Source: an uncultured Verrucomicrobiae bacterium
GTDB lineage: Bacteria; Verrucomicrobiota; Verrucomicrobiia; Limisphaerales; Palsa-1400
Length of the DNA stretch: 64,000 nt
Assembly: GCA_963702845.1 (NCBI GenBank)
Contig: OY969763.1
Location: 1,504,001-1,568,000, forward strand
Direction: 5' to 3'
Positions 9,146-21,000 of the stretch are shown here, piece by piece. The first letter of the stretch is position 1. The number at the start of each line of letters is the position of its first letter. Under the pieces are notes generated by a model. That model did not search any database, was not told where the DNA came from, and saw only the letters and a list, made by a program, of their open reading frames with translations. Position numbers and translations under genes: made by a program.

Positions 9146-12100
9146 CTAGTAGGTGGGCGTATTGGTCCAAACGGCGGGTGAACTGTTGGTTCCTTTGCGG
9201 ATGATAAATCCACTGCCTGCGCCGAGAGGCTGATTCGAACCAACGTCGGTTGAGCCCGCGCCGACCTGTCGCCAAGCGCCATTCCAATAGTAATAAACGG
9301 CCGCGGCGGATTTGTTTCGGTTTGTCGCCGCATTATCGAACGTAAGCAACTCATCGGTTCTGTTGCCGGGCAGCGGGCTGGGCGCAAAAGCTCCATTGCT
9401 GACCAGACCCGAATCGTTTAGCGACACGGGCGTCGGCCGCATTAGTGCCGCAGAGTTGTCTTGCTGGTTGGTCGTTGTCGCTTGCAAAACTATCGCAAGT
9501 TTTGACGTAACCACGTTGCCTGCCACGACCAGCACGGTGTTTGTCGTGACGTTGTGGCGCACGATCAAGTAGCTGCTCGGAGCGATAACATCATCATTGT
9601 GATTGGCGATACCCTGACCGACTTGTTTCCAGATGCCGCTGTTGAAAAAGTAAACTTTCGTGGCGCTCAAATTTATACCGGCACTCGTCAGATCGGATGT
9701 GAGCACTTCGGTATTTCGATTGCCGAGAGTAGGGGAGATATTTACGCCCGCGCCATTCGGGAAAATCGTGCCGAGTGTCCAGTACGATTCAATGGCAATT
9801 CCATCGCCCGCATTCACATTGCTGAGCGTGTCGGCCCCAAGGCTCAAGGTCACGGTGTTGCTCGAATTGGCGGTAATTGAAAAGATGCGACCTTCGGCAG
9901 TGCCTGAGGTGAAGCGGACGCAGTAAGTGTTCGATTGTGTTCCCGATGCATAAACAAACTGGTTCGTCACCCAGTTCGGCGAGCCGGCAACGGTGATGAC
10001 GTTTGCCGAACCGGAAGCGACAGTTGCGTAAGTTGCATCGGCGCGCGTAAATGGGACCGATACGAAACTGTCAGAATTTCCGAGAAGTTGGATTTTCAGA
10101 AAACCAGCAGGAGCGCTGGTGGAGTTTCCTGTTGAGATTTGATAGTAGCGTTGGCTGTTCGTGAGCGGGCCATCGACAAGCGTCAGAGAGTTTGAACTCG
10201 CATTAAAAAACCCAATAGTCGTCCCCGCTGGATCTGTCAGGTTGGTTTTATAATCGAACCGATACGTCGCTCCGGTCGCAACAGTCCACGTGCTGCTAAC
10301 GGTGTTGTCGGGATTGACCGAAATACTGGCGAGTTGCGGCGTGGCTGTCGGGATGATCAGGAGCGCGTCTGTGCTCGTATCCGACCCTGCAATATTTGTC
10401 ACCACGACCGAGTAACTCGCAACATCGCCGTAAGTGGCTCCATTGATCGTAAGAGTTGAGGTCGTGGAATTCGCAATACTTACTCCGTTCTTGTGCCATT
10501 GGAAACTGAGCGGTGCGGTGCCGCTCGCCGCAGTGATAAAACTAACGTTTGCTCCCGGAGAAACCGTCTGACTGGCCGGCTGTTGTGTGATGCTTGCCGG
10601 AACATTGACTGTCAGCCCCGCATTCGCGCTTGTTACCGTTCCGGCGACGTTGGTGATCACCACGGAATACGAGCCCGCGTCGCTCGAATCGACGTCTGTC
10701 GCGGTATAGGCCGAACTCGTCGCGTTGGCGATGGGCGACGCGTTGAACCGCCATTGATACGCAAGGGGAGCGGTGCCGCTCGCGTTAACTGTGAAGGTCA
10801 CGTCGGAACTGGCAATCACCGTTTGGCTACCGGGCTGTGTCGAAATAGCCGGAGGCACATTAACAGTAAGTGTCGCCGTCGAGCTGGTGGCCGCACCGGC
10901 GATGTTTGTAACGACTACGAAGTACGAACCGACATTGGCGGGAGTAGCATTTGTGACGGTGTAAGATGACGTCGTTGCGCCCGAGAGCGGCGCACTGTTG
11001 AAATTCCATTGGTAATGCAGCGGCGGTGCTCCCGACGCAGTCACGCTGAAGGATGTTGTGGTTCCGGCGACGACAGTTTTGCTTTGCGGTTGCGCCGTGA
11101 TCGCCGCTGGTGAAACCGGAGTAACGGACGCCCAGTTCGTCCCGATCCTCAGTTCGTCTACTGTCATCGACGCAGGTTCAGCCGAGGATCGTTGCAAATA
11201 AACAAAGCTCGCGATTTGGCTGCTGCTGATATCGTTGCCGTTGGTTGTGGTCAAGTCCGCTGCTGGCGGATTCGCTGACGTAAAACTATTGGTATTCGGA
11301 TTAATCCACATCTGCGCCAGGTCGTTCGTAGCGGTGCCCGAATTGATGGTGTATGCGCCGACAAGAAGCACGGTGTCGGCCGTGGTAAATACGCGCGAAT
11401 CCCACACCCAATCCGCGGTGGTCGATGAATCCTTCGACATTCCGATATTGAAGCCGCCGCTGGCGGTTCTGAGATACAGACGCGTTGCGACTTCAGACGG
11501 TTGTCCCGTTTGCGTGCCGGTTGAATTATTCAACCCAGCAACGAAAACCCCCGAACCGCTCAATCCGGTGAGATCGGTAATTTTGAGCAGATAGGAATAA
11601 TATATGGTGCCTGACGTTTGGGTGGTGCCGGATGGAAATGAAAAACGAACGCTTTTTCCCAGTCCGCCGAAACGAATACTATTTCCAATCGATGCCAAAA
11701 GATTTGTCGTCGTCAAATTACCTGTGCTCGCCTGAATCGAACTGCCGGCAGTGCTCGTGCCGACTTCATCCCACTTGATTCCAATCGGACTGCTTTGCCC
11801 GGCCAAAACAGTTCCGCTCACATAATTGAACGGCTCATAATATGGAAATTTGAAAACGATCGTCAGCGTTGCCACCGCGCTGGTGATGCTCCCGTAAGCG
11901 TTGGTGATGACGACGGTGTAACTCCCCGCATCGTTCGTTAAAGCATTGTTGATACTCAAAGTGGGTGTCGTCGTTCCTGAAACAGTGCCGCCGTCCGCGA
12001 GAATTGTTTGATTCTTAAACCACTGATAGCTCAAGCCATTGCCTGATGCGACGACGCTGAACGTCGACAGCGAACCAGCGGCATCCGTTCGACTCTGTGG

Positions 12101-15100
12101 CTGCGTGACGATCGACGGCGGCAAATCGGCAACTGTCAGTATCGCCTGCTGACTGGTGACGGCGCCGGTAGAGTTGGTTACGATAACTGTATAAGTCCCC
12201 TGGTCCGATTCCGCCACCGAAAGTAATGTCAGATTGCTCGTGCTCGCACCGACGATCGATGCGCCGTCGTTCAAGTTCAGCGCGTTTTTCTGCCAACGAT
12301 AGCTTAACGAAGGCGTGCCGCTTGCGATGACGTGGAACAAAACGTTCGAACCAACGATTGCTCCCTGGCTTTGAGGATGTGCCACGATTCCAGGATCCAA
12401 AACCGCCAATGGGGCAGGGGAACTCGTCACCGAATTGAACGCGTTCGTAACCACGCACTGATACGTTCCTGCGTCCGTCGAGTGAACAATCGCCACGGTC
12501 AGATTCGAACTCGTCGCGCCCGAAATATTTCCGCCGTTGCTGAGTGTCGATCCATTTTTCGTCCACCGAAATGTGATCGGCGTGCTCCCCACGGCGTTCA
12601 CGTTGAACATCGTATTCACGCCGTACGCATTGGTCTGACCGGCAGACTGGCCAATAATGACAACAGGGCCGGAGAAAGTTAGCGTCCCGACCGAACTCGT
12701 CGCGGTCCCGTATGTATTCGAAACAACGACACTATAACTGCCTACTTCCGGCCCTTGAATGGCTCCGAGGGTGAGGATGTCACTCGTGGTTCCCGAAACA
12801 TTACCGCCGTCATTCAGCGGCGCGCCGTTCTTATACCACTTGAAAATCAGCGGCGCAGTCCCGCCACTGGAAACGGTCAAAATCACATTCGTTCCCGTGC
12901 CTGCAGTTTGGCTCGCCGGCTGTTTCGTAATCGTCGGCGGATTATTCCACGGATTTGGTCCCGGCAAATTCTTCGATGCATAAGCATCTTCAAAACTCAG
13001 CAAATCCGTCATCGAAACGTTCGTGTCGCCATTCCCCCAAAGAAATCCGATGAATCCCGGGAAGCCCACGTTGATGGCTCCTTGCGAACGCGCGTTGATC
13101 GCGGTGATCCATTCCGACGCAGAAACACCTGAGCGCCCCCAGGCTGTGCCATTTGTAGTCTGGCCGAAATGTTCTCCCAAAATCAGCCGGCTTTTCGGCA
13201 CGCCGACCGAAGCATAACTCGCAACCGAACTTTGATACTGGTTTTGACAGTAACTGACCGAAAAACCGTTGTTCTTGATTTCCGTTCCGCTTAAATAATT
13301 TTCCACCGCGATGTAAGCATCCCCGATCAACGCCACCCAATTCGACGAGTTGTTCGCGGGATTCGGGAATGGTGCATACATGACCACCGTGTAACCGTAC
13401 GTATTTTTCAACGTGTGCGCCGTGTCGCAGACATATTGTCGATAGCTCGCGTTGACCGGCCATGTGCCAGCCGAAATTTCATTCAAAATCAGCCACGTCG
13501 GTTTCCCGTTGGTTGGGGAATAATTTGACGTCACGTAAGAATCGATGGACGCAGCTTTTTGCGCGCCGGTCATATTCGTCCAGGCCTGGTCGTTAAAGGT
13601 GTTGTAATAAAACGCGAACGAATTGCCGTTGCTAAAAACATCCGCAATGTGATCGTCGCTGCTCAACTCGATATAGTGTCCGTTGGTGCTGAGGAAATTG
13701 AGATGATCGAATTGTGATTGGCAGAGCGACGTCGCGCACCCGCAACAAAAGCCGCTCAGGTCAAACCGCAAATCAGCGACCCGCCGTGCGTTGATTCGAA
13801 ACGCCAGTAACCCGCGATCTGAATCCAATGCAAACAGCCTATCGCCCGCGAACACCACTGTTCCAACCCAGAACCCATTGCCGTTCGTATTCGCAAACGT
13901 CCAGCTATCGAGCAACGCTGGGCTCGCCGGATTCGTGATGCTATAAAGATTCAACTGGTCCGGCCCGTTCCCGGGAACAATTGCCGCCAACAATTTGTTC
14001 GCTGGATCCACGCCAAACGTGCCGAAGTTTGGCAGATTCGTAATCGTCTGGATCGTTGTCGCTGTGAAGTTCGTCGTGTTGTAACTGACCTTCGTCAGCG
14101 GCAAGCCATTGGTCTTTCCCCAAAATGTGTTCGTTGAGTCGAACGCCACAGAAAGTCCGAACGTATTCACTGGAGCGTCGCTGGTGTAAAGCGTCGCACT
14201 AAAATTCGTGCCATTCGCTGTTGTCAGCAGCGATGCTGTGTTCGCTGCTCGCGAGCCAATGAGGATTTGCGTGTTGATGCCCGCCCCGCGCAATGCAAAA
14301 CAATCGCCCACGCGCGATCCATTTGGAAATCCTCCTGTGCCCGAGTACGCAATGGTCGGAACCGTATTCGCGTCAGAGTTCGCCCAACGATAAACCTTGA
14401 AAGGCGCTGACCCCGAAACCGATGTCTGAACATTTGCCGCGTAAATCACTCCATCGCCAGCCACTCCGACACGGTCCAGCAGGAATCCACCCTGAGTCAC
14501 TCCGCTCGTATTTAAAACTTTTTTGAACGCACCCGTGTCCGCATCAATGACGTTGACGCTCAGCCCATCCGTCCCGTGGTGTACGATCACCAACTCGTTG
14601 CTCAGCGCGTTATAGGCCAGACCGCGTTCGACGGCTGATGCTCCCGTCGAAATATACGGCACGCTTCCCGGAGCGATGTTCCACATCGACTCCAAATGCG
14701 TTGAGCCGTTCTGAGAATTCGTTTTGACAGTGAACGCCACATCGGACCAATCCACTGGCGAACCGCTTAGTACCTGCACTCGCACTAGACAATTGGTTCC
14801 CGGCCAAAATGGAACCGTAATCGTGTTCGAACCGTTGTTCGCCACATTATATGCGAGCGAGCGAAACGATTGTCCGCCGTCTGTCGACAAATCGATAGTC
14901 ACGTTCCCGACCGATCCTGTGCTCGACCACGTTACCGTCGCCGTGCTACCCGAAAACCAAAACTCTCCACCATTCGGCGAAGTGACGGTGATGCTGTTCG
15001 TTGGCGTGATCGGCAAGGTCGTATTGAGCGGTCCTCCGTGCGCCGCCTTCGTGATTTGCCCAGCCACCTGCAAATACCAATCGCTCGGCAACGACGTCCC

Positions 15101-16288
15101 ATCGACATTCAAACCGAACATATTCGTATACTGCGGAACGGTCGACATCGTCGGCGCCAACTTATAAATCGCCGTGCCTTCATCGATCTCATCGAACATC
15201 GCGCCGAAGAGCATCTTCGAGCCGATCGACAAACAGTCATATGCCTGTCGCCAATAGAACGAACCCGCCAGTCGCGGCGCGCTGTTCGACGTGCTGCCCG
15301 CGCCATTCAAATTCGCTGAAGAATAACCCGGAAAAATCACCGGCATATAATCGACGTTGTTGCTCACGCACCAGGTCAGGTCCGGCGCAACGATGCTCGA
15401 CTTGAAACTATCGATTTGGCTGGCATTTTGATACCGACCCACCGCCCACGGATTAATAATATCGAACGATTTGTAGACGGTCAGCCAATTCGTGTCCGCT
15501 TGCGCATCATTAATCAACAACCGCCACCAATAAGGCACACCGCCCATCACCGTGCAGCCCGCAGCGTGAAAATTGCTGATGATCGTCAGCGCCTGCGCCG
15601 GTGTATACATCGCGGTAGAGGAGGGAATGTTCGAAAATCCAAGACCCCAGATTCCGACCAGCGGCTTCCCTTTGTGTTTTAAATAACGCGAACTGTTGGT
15701 GATCCCAAGCGTCCCAGTGACATAAGCCCAATCACTTTGCAGATGGCCAATCGCAACATTCGTCGGATCATTTGAAATGTCATATTCAATGCAAAACACG
15801 CGGCCATTTGTTTCCGCTGCGTTCTTCACATTCACCAGAACCTGATTCTTAAGCGCAGTCCAATTCGCATCCGCGAAAACGTCCTTCGTGAACCGCTGCG
15901 CAAAAACACCATCAATCCCATTCGTCTTCATCCACGCAAAATGCCGATTCACCGTCTGGCCGAGATAAGCCGAATAAACCTTTGCCGGTTGACCATTTCC
16001 GAGCGTCAGACCGGTGGGAAACAACTCAGCAGCGGTGAATTCCGTAAGGTCAGGCCAGATGTCATCCACACAATCACTCGTCGAAGGCGCCGTTGCAGAA
16101 TGAGTCCAATGAATGTAACCACCGACCGGATTGCCATCGCCTTGGGCAGCATGCCATCCCTGGTAACCGATGATGAACTTGTTACTGACTGTGGAGTTAT
16201 CGACAGTTTGTGCGGGTGCAGCAACCGTACAGCAAATGAGTACGGCAAAGACGACCAACAAAACCCGTAAACGGGAAAACATCTGCAT
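9146..16288 (-). CDS. Giant secreted protein: GH71/99-like N-terminal domain, propeller, unknown domain, many Ig I-set repeats, C-terminal TIGR02597-like domain
   Basis: GYQGWH...RHFAWM...GIDGVFAQRF...AMFDEIDEGTA; repeated ITxQPxSxT...YQW...DAGSYxVVVTN; C-terminal NSDSFVSVPFTR. Probable start MQMFSRL at 16288. Confidence 0.85.
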   Translation of the reverse strand: MQMFSRLRVLLVVFAVLICCTVAAPAQTVDNSTVSNKFIIGYQGWHAAQGDGNPVGGYIHWTHSATAPSTSDCVDDIWPDLTEFTAAELFPTGLTLGNGQPAKVYSAYLGQTVNRHFAWMKTNGIDGVFAQRFTKDVFADANWTALKNQVLVNVKNAAETNGRVFCIEYDISNDPTNVAIGHLQSDWAYVTGTLGITNSSRYLKHKGKPLVGIWGLGFSNIPSSTAMYTPAQALTIISNFHAAGCTVMGGVPYWWRLLINDAQADTNWLTVYKSFDIINPWAVGRYQNASQIDSFKSSIVAPDLTWCVSNNVDYMPVIFPGYSSANLNGAGSTSNSAPRLAGSFYWRQAYDCLSIGSKMLFGAMFDEIDEGTAIYKLAPTMSTVPQYTNMFGLNVDGTSLPSDWYLQVAGQITKAAHGGPLNTTLPITPTNSITVTSPNGGEFWFSGSTATVTWSSTGSVGNVTIDLSTDGGQSFRSLAYNVANNGSNTITVPFWPGTNCLVRVQVLSGSPVDWSDVAFTVKTNSQNGSTHLESMWNIAPGSVPYISTGASAVERGLAYNALSNELVIVHHGTDGLSVNVIDADTGAFKKVLNTSGVTQGGFLLDRVGVAGDGVIYAANVQTSVSGSAPFKVYRWANSDANTVPTIAYSGTGGFPNGSRVGDCFALRGAGINTQILIGSRAANTASLLTTANGTNFSATLYTSDAPVNTFGLSVAFDSTNTFWGKTNGLPLTKVSYNTTNFTATTIQTITNLPNFGTFGVDPANKLLAAIVPGNGPDQLNLYSITNPASPALLDSWTFANTNGNGFWVGTVVFAGDRLFALDSDRGLLAFRINARRVADLRFDLSGFCCGCATSLCQSQFDHLNFLSTNGHYIELSSDDHIADVFSNGNSFAFYYNTFNDQAWTNMTGAQKAASIDSYVTSNYSPTNGKPTWLILNEISAGTWPVNASYRQYVCDTAHTLKNTYGYTVVMYAPFPNPANNSSNWVALIGDAYIAVENYLSGTEIKNNGFSVSYCQNQYQSSVASYASVGVPKSRLILGEHFGQTTNGTAWGRSGVSASEWITAINARSQGAINVGFPGFIGFLWGNGDTNVSMTDLLSFEDAYASKNLPGPNPWNNPPTITKQPASQTAGTGTNVILTVSSGGTAPLIFKWYKNGAPLNDGGNVSGTTSDILTLGAIQGPEVGSYSVVVSNTYGTATSSVGTLTFSGPVVIIGQSAGQTNAYGVNTMFNVNAVGSTPITFRWTKNGSTLSNGGNISGATSSNLTVAIVHSTDAGTYQCVVTNAFNSVTSSPAPLAVLDPGIVAHPQSQGAIVGSNVLFHVIASGTPSLSYRWQKNALNLNDGASIVGASTSNLTLLSVAESDQGTYTVIVTNSTGAVTSQQAILTVADLPPSIVTQPQSRTDAAGSLSTFSVVASGNGLSYQWFKNQTILADGGTVSGTTTPTLSINNALTNDAGSYTVVITNAYGSITSAVATLTIVFKFPYYEPFNYVSGTVLAGQSSPIGIKWDEVGTSTAGSSIQASTGNLTTTNLLASIGNSIRFGGLGKSVRFSFPSGTTQTSGTIYYSYLLKITDLTGLSGSGVFVAGLNNSTGTQTGQPSEVATRLYLRTASGGFNIGMSKDSSTTADWVWDSRVFTTADTVLLVGAYTINSGTATNDLAQMWINPNTNSFTSANPPAADLTTTNGNDISSSQIASFVYLQRSSAEPASMTVDELRIGTNWASVTPVSPAAITAQPQSKTVVAGTTTSFSVTASGAPPLHYQWNFNSAPLSGATTSSYTVTNATPANVGSYFVVVTNIAGAATSSTATLTVNVPPAISTQPGSQTVIASSDVTFTVNASGTAPLAYQWRFNASPIANATSSAYTATDVDSSDAGSYSVVITNVAGTVTSANAGLTVNVPASITQQPASQTVSPGANVSFITAASGTAPLSFQWHKNGVSIANSTTSTLTINGATYGDVASYSVVVTNIAGSDTSTDALLIIPTATPQLASISVNPDNTVSSTWTVATGATYRFDYKTNLTDPAGTTIGFFNASSNSLTLVDGPLTNSQRYYQISTGNSTSAPAGFLKIQLLGNSDSFVSVPFTRADATYATVASGSANVITVAGSPNWVTNQFVYASGTQSNTYCVRFTSGTAEGRIFSITANSSNTVTLSLGADTLSNVNAGDGIAIESYWTLGTIFPNGAGVNISPTLGNRNTEVLTSDLTSAGINLSATKVYFFNSGIWKQVGQGIANHNDDVIAPSSYLIVRHNVTTNTVLVVAGNVVTSKLAIVLQATTTNQQDNSAALMRPTPVSLNDSGLVSNGAFAPSPLPGNRTDELLTFDNAATNRNKSAAAVYYYWNGAWRQVGAGSTDVGSNQPLGAGSGFIIRKGTNSSPAVWTNTPTY

Positions 16289-16369
16289 GGAAACTGGGCA
16301 GCCACAAGGGTCGCATTTTTGACACGAACCACAAGGCAATTCTCCGCTGCGGAACAAAGCCGGTGGCGT

Positions 16370-16435
16370 GCCTTCTCCCTCTCCTCCCCGTGCGAGACCG
16401 ACGTTCGGCGAGGAGAGGGTTGGGGAGAGGAGGCC
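16370..16435. repeat. REP-like CCCTCTCC...GGAGAGGG palindromic element
   Basis: CCCTCTCCTC (16377) pairs with GAGGAGAGGG (16410), followed by TTGGGGAGAGG. Confidence 0.65.
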
Positions 16436-16495
16436 AATTACTCGCTACCGATACATCCTCGTCACTTCGATCGTTTTCCTGTATTCACTCACCTG

Positions 16496-17449
16496 ATGAA
16501 AAGGTTGGTCTTAATTCTCGCGTTGATCGTTTCCGTTTCCACCTCTGCACTCGCCTGGAGCGGCGCGGGCCATATGGTCATCGCCGGCATTGCCTACAAA
16601 GAGCTTTCGCCCGAAACAAAACTCAAAGTCAACGCCCTCCTCAAATCACATCCCGACTATCACAAATGGACCAATGCCTATTCCGGTGAATCGGCCGGAA
16701 TGGATTTAGACACGTTTGTTTTTCTGCGTTCCAGCACCTGGCCCGATGACATTCGCCGCAAACACAACGACTACGATCATCCCCAGTGGCACTATATCGA
16801 TTACCCCTTGCGCCCAACAAAATTCAAAATGGAAGAACCGCCGTCGCACACCAACGACATCCTCTTTGGCCTGAACGAATCCGAGAAAATACTCGCCGAC
16901 ACCCACGCCACTGCCGAAGCCCGCGCCGCCCATCTATCCTGGGTCGTGCATTTGATTGGCGACATCCATCAACCCTTGCACTGCGCGTCCCTGTTCAGTG
17001 CTGAGTTCCCGAAAGGTGACAAAGGCGGCAACTCATTTTACGTGAAACCGGCCACACGCGGCATCAAACTCCATTCCTTGTGGGACGGCTTGCTCGGCAC
17101 CAAAAACGAGCCGCGCACCCAGTTGAACGAAGCCACCCGCCTTCGCTCCGAACATCCCCATACCGAATGGCCGGAGTTCACGAAGCCGACGACAGACACA
17201 CCGGAACCTGCGACCGCCGACAGACATAAACAATGGAGTCTAGAAGGCAGAACCCTCGCTATCGAAAAAGCCTACTTGCACGGCAAACTCAAAAGCAGCG
17301 CCAAGACTGATCCGGCTGGGACATTGCCGAAGGAGTATTTGAAGGAAGCGAAACTCATTGCCGAAAAACAGGCAGCCGTGGCCGGATATCGTTTAGCGTC
17401 GGATCTAGAGAGCGCGATGCGTGCGGATACAGGTAAGACCATCCAGTGA
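16496..17449 (+). CDS. S1/P1 nuclease, secreted
   Basis: Signal peptide then WSGAGH, WPDDIR, WHYID, HLIGDIHQPLH, DKGGN, LHSLWD, AGYRLA. Confidence 0.93.
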   Translation: MKRLVLILALIVSVSTSALAWSGAGHMVIAGIAYKELSPETKLKVNALLKSHPDYHKWTNAYSGESAGMDLDTFVFLRSSTWPDDIRRKHNDYDHPQWHYIDYPLRPTKFKMEEPPSHTNDILFGLNESEKILADTHATAEARAAHLSWVVHLIGDIHQPLHCASLFSAEFPKGDKGGNSFYVKPATRGIKLHSLWDGLLGTKNEPRTQLNEATRLRSEHPHTEWPEFTKPTTDTPEPATADRHKQWSLEGRTLAIEKAYLHGKLKSSAKTDPAGTLPKEYLKEAKLIAEKQAAVAGYRLASDLESAMRADTGKTIQ

Positions 17450-17590
17450 TTCTTCGGTAACACGCGTGCCAGTTTTTGAATCCGAGGTTCGCCATTAAGA
17501 CCCATGCGTCCGTTGTAAACTAATTGTTTTTGAACCTCCCGCATCTTCTCCCCTTGTCTTGGTGCTTTGGTGGTGAAAATCTCAACTCCG

Positions 17591-17750
17591 ATTCTGTAAT
17601 CCGTAATTTGTAATTTCCGACCAAAAACCCCGCTAGGGGTGCCATATCTATAGAACCCAATCCACATCACCTCCCAATTTATTTTTTGTTGCGGCACTCG
17701 ATGTGCCGCGACAAAAACGCCGCGCATAAACCGCACAACATGGACAATTC
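17591..17750 (+). repeat. ~155 bp structured intergenic element, copy 1
   Basis: Near-copy at 27677-27831; hairpins ACCCC-GCTA-GGGGT and TTTTGTTGCGGCAC-TCGAT-GTGCCGCGACAAAA. Confidence 0.85.
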
Positions 17751-18070
17751 TTTTTTATTCATCCGGCGACTTAGCAAAGTCACTTGGACAACGGCTGGGT
17801 AAGTGGAAATCGTTTTGGTGATCGGAAGAATCTCAAATCCTCTAAAGCTGCGTCAAACCATGTTGATGGATCGTGATAGGACAATTGGCCAATTCGCCGC
17901 GTTCGCACTACTCCGAATACCTCCATTTGCTGAACGCAATCAGCGAGCGTTTTCGAGGTGACAACTTTCAACCGATTACTCACAATTAACGGCGTTTCAG
18001 TTGACTGTAAGTCGTTGCTGACGGTGAAATAAAGGGTGGGCGCCAGTTTTCCCGCCGAAAAACATACCCA

Positions 18071-21000
18071 ATGAAATCGCTCGCTGCATTTGGCCGTTGT
18101 ATCGTCTTGTTTGCGCTTTGTATAAATGGCGTCGTTGCGTTTGCCGCGCCACCGAAACCGGATTTGGCGCTGACGATTACCGCGCTTCCGAGTCCGGCGT
18201 CGGTTGGAGAAATCTTCACTTACAATTTGGCGGTTACCAACATCGGCAACGCATCGGCTACTCAAGTGCATCTGGTCTGCACGCTTTCGTCGAATGCGAC
18301 ATTTTTCAGCGCGACGTTGCCGCAGGGAACCTTCACGCAAAGCAATAACGTAGTCAGTTGTGATATAGGCAGTGTTAGCGGCGGCGCTGGATTCGTGATC
18401 AAGGTCGCGGTGTTCGGACAAAGCGCCGGCACAACTTCAAATTCGGCAACCATCAGCACCGTAGATACGGAATTGAGCCTTGCGAACAATTCTGCGGCGC
18501 AGAACGTGACTGTTTCGCCATTTACTTTTTACCCCGGCCCAAACTTGAACGTCGGGCGCGTTTATCACGTTGGAACGAGTTTGGCCGATGGACGTGTTTT
18601 GTACACTGGCGGACTTTCTTCCGCGACCAGATTGGCGAGCGCGGAGATCTACGATCCGCAAACCCAAACGATGACGCCGACCGGCAACATGAATTTTGCG
18701 CGGAACAGTCATGCCGGCACATTGCTGGCCGACGGAACTGTTTTGATTACTGGCGGTGTCGGCGCGACAACGGCGGCGGAGATTTTCAACCCTGCGACCG
18801 GCGCTTTCACGGTTGTCAGTAACATGAACAACGGACATGTGAACCATACCGCGACGCTGTTGAAAGATGGACGTGTGCTGGTGGAAGGCAACTCGGGTGA
18901 TGCGCCGTTCAACGTCGCTGAAATCTACACGCCAGCACTCCATACGTTCACAAAAATCACGAACAAGAATTATGGAACGTATTACCACAAGGCCTTTCGG
19001 CTGGCGGACGGCAAGGTGCTTTTGCCGGCAGGCGCGGATGGTAACAGTTATTCCGATCAAACTGTTTGCGAGTTCTACGATCCGGTCGCGAACGCGTTTA
19101 CTGCGACGGCGCCGTTGAATTACATGCGGTCGATGTACGGAGGCGTGACGTTGTTGGACGGGCGCATCTTTGTTGCTGGCGGGAATTACGGTTGGCAAAC
19201 GGCGGAATTGTTTAACACCAATTCCCAAACGTGGACGACGTGCACGAACCTAATGACGACGACGCATTATTTCGCGACGGCGTCGCTGCTGCCCGACGGC
19301 AAGGTGCTCGTGGCCGGTTACACGGTTGATACCGATCTTTATGATCCGGTCGCCAACAAATTCCTACGCGCGGCCAAAATGATTTCAGCGCGAAATTATT
19401 TCACAGCGAATTCGCTTCCGGACGGGAGCATTATCTTCGCAGGAGGCGACGGTTATTTGGCGAGCACCGAAATCTATGATGCGGCCCGCACGAAAGCGCC
19501 GCCCGCGCTGTCGGTAAGCGATGCTTCTGTTGTTGAAGGCAATTCCGGTTCGACCAACCTGGTGTTTAATGTGACGCTTTCATCGCCGATGGGAGTGCCC
19601 GTTTCGGTGTATTTTAACAGTGGATTCGGCAGTGCGACCGCTGGGTCTGATTTCGTCGCGACCAATGGAATGCTGGTTTTTGTGCCCGGCGTCACGAACC
19701 AAACCGTTTCCGTTACTGTTTTCGGCGACTTGGATTATGAGGGTGATGAAACTTTGGTGCTCGGTCTCTACAGCCCCAGCAATGCTGTGCTGGACCTTGC
19801 GCACTCGAGTGGCACTGGAACTATTCTCAACGACGATGGGCAACCTTCGATCACGATTGCGCCAGCTTCGCGCTACGAAGGTAATATTGGCACGACCAAC
19901 ATGGTGTTGAACGTGTCCTTATCGGGAGCGTCTTATCAGACGATCACCGTCAATTACGTCACGGTGGATGGGACTGCGACGGCTGGAAGCGATTATGCGG
20001 CGACGAATGGTGTTATTACTTTTCCGCCCGGAACCACCAACCAGACAGTTTCAGTGGTAATTTATGGTGACGTTCAGGTCGAACCAAATGAAACATTCGC
20101 GGTGCAGTTGTCCAATCCGACGAATGCGACGATCGCAACGGCTTCGGCAACGGCAACCATTTTGGATGACGATGGAACACCTGGCTTTATCCATCACTTC
20201 GAGATTGTTTTGCCGTCGGGTCCCATCTACTCGACGGGCCCGACACCGTTCACCATTAATGCGCGCGATTTCGGCGGTGGTATTGCAACAAATTTTTCCG
20301 GGCGGGTTTTGCTGATGGTCGGCTTCGGGGATGAAGCGCCGCAACATTTTGGTTTTGAAGATGGGCAACTCGGCAGTTGGACGCCGACTTACGGCGGCAC
20401 ACAACCGGGGCCGTATGAAATCAAATATTTTAACGTGACCGCCAGCAACGAGTTTTCAATGGCGTTTCGCACCGCCGCCGGTTACGGCACCGACGGGATC
20501 GTGCGGCAGGTGCCGCTCACAGGCGGGCGGCGTTATTTCGTGACGGGCGATTTTGCCGAAAGCAATGAGGGCGGCGGATCAAATGGCGGTGATACGATAG
20601 CAAATCTAATCTTAAACAACTTTACGCTCGGTCAGTATCACTTTGGAGGCGTTAACGGCGGCCAGGTTTTGCGCACTAATTTGGGCGGATACTTTGACGC
20701 ACCTGCGACGACAACTTACCCGCTGGCTTTGCTGTTCAGCCGTGATCCGTGGTCGGAATTATATTCTATTGGCGCCTTCGCGGATGAAGTTGTGATCGGC
20801 GCAGGCGCGATCACGCCGCGTTTCACCGCGCATTTCACCAATGGCGTGTGGTCGGGAACGAATGCGATCGGCGCGCCGGGAACGAACTATGTCCTTTATG
20901 CGAAAGACCTGGAAGGACACATCGGAAACAGTTCCGTCTTCACGGTGCAGCCGGTGGGCGATGTTGTTGTGCGCACGGCGGTGACGCCAATAACGCCGCG

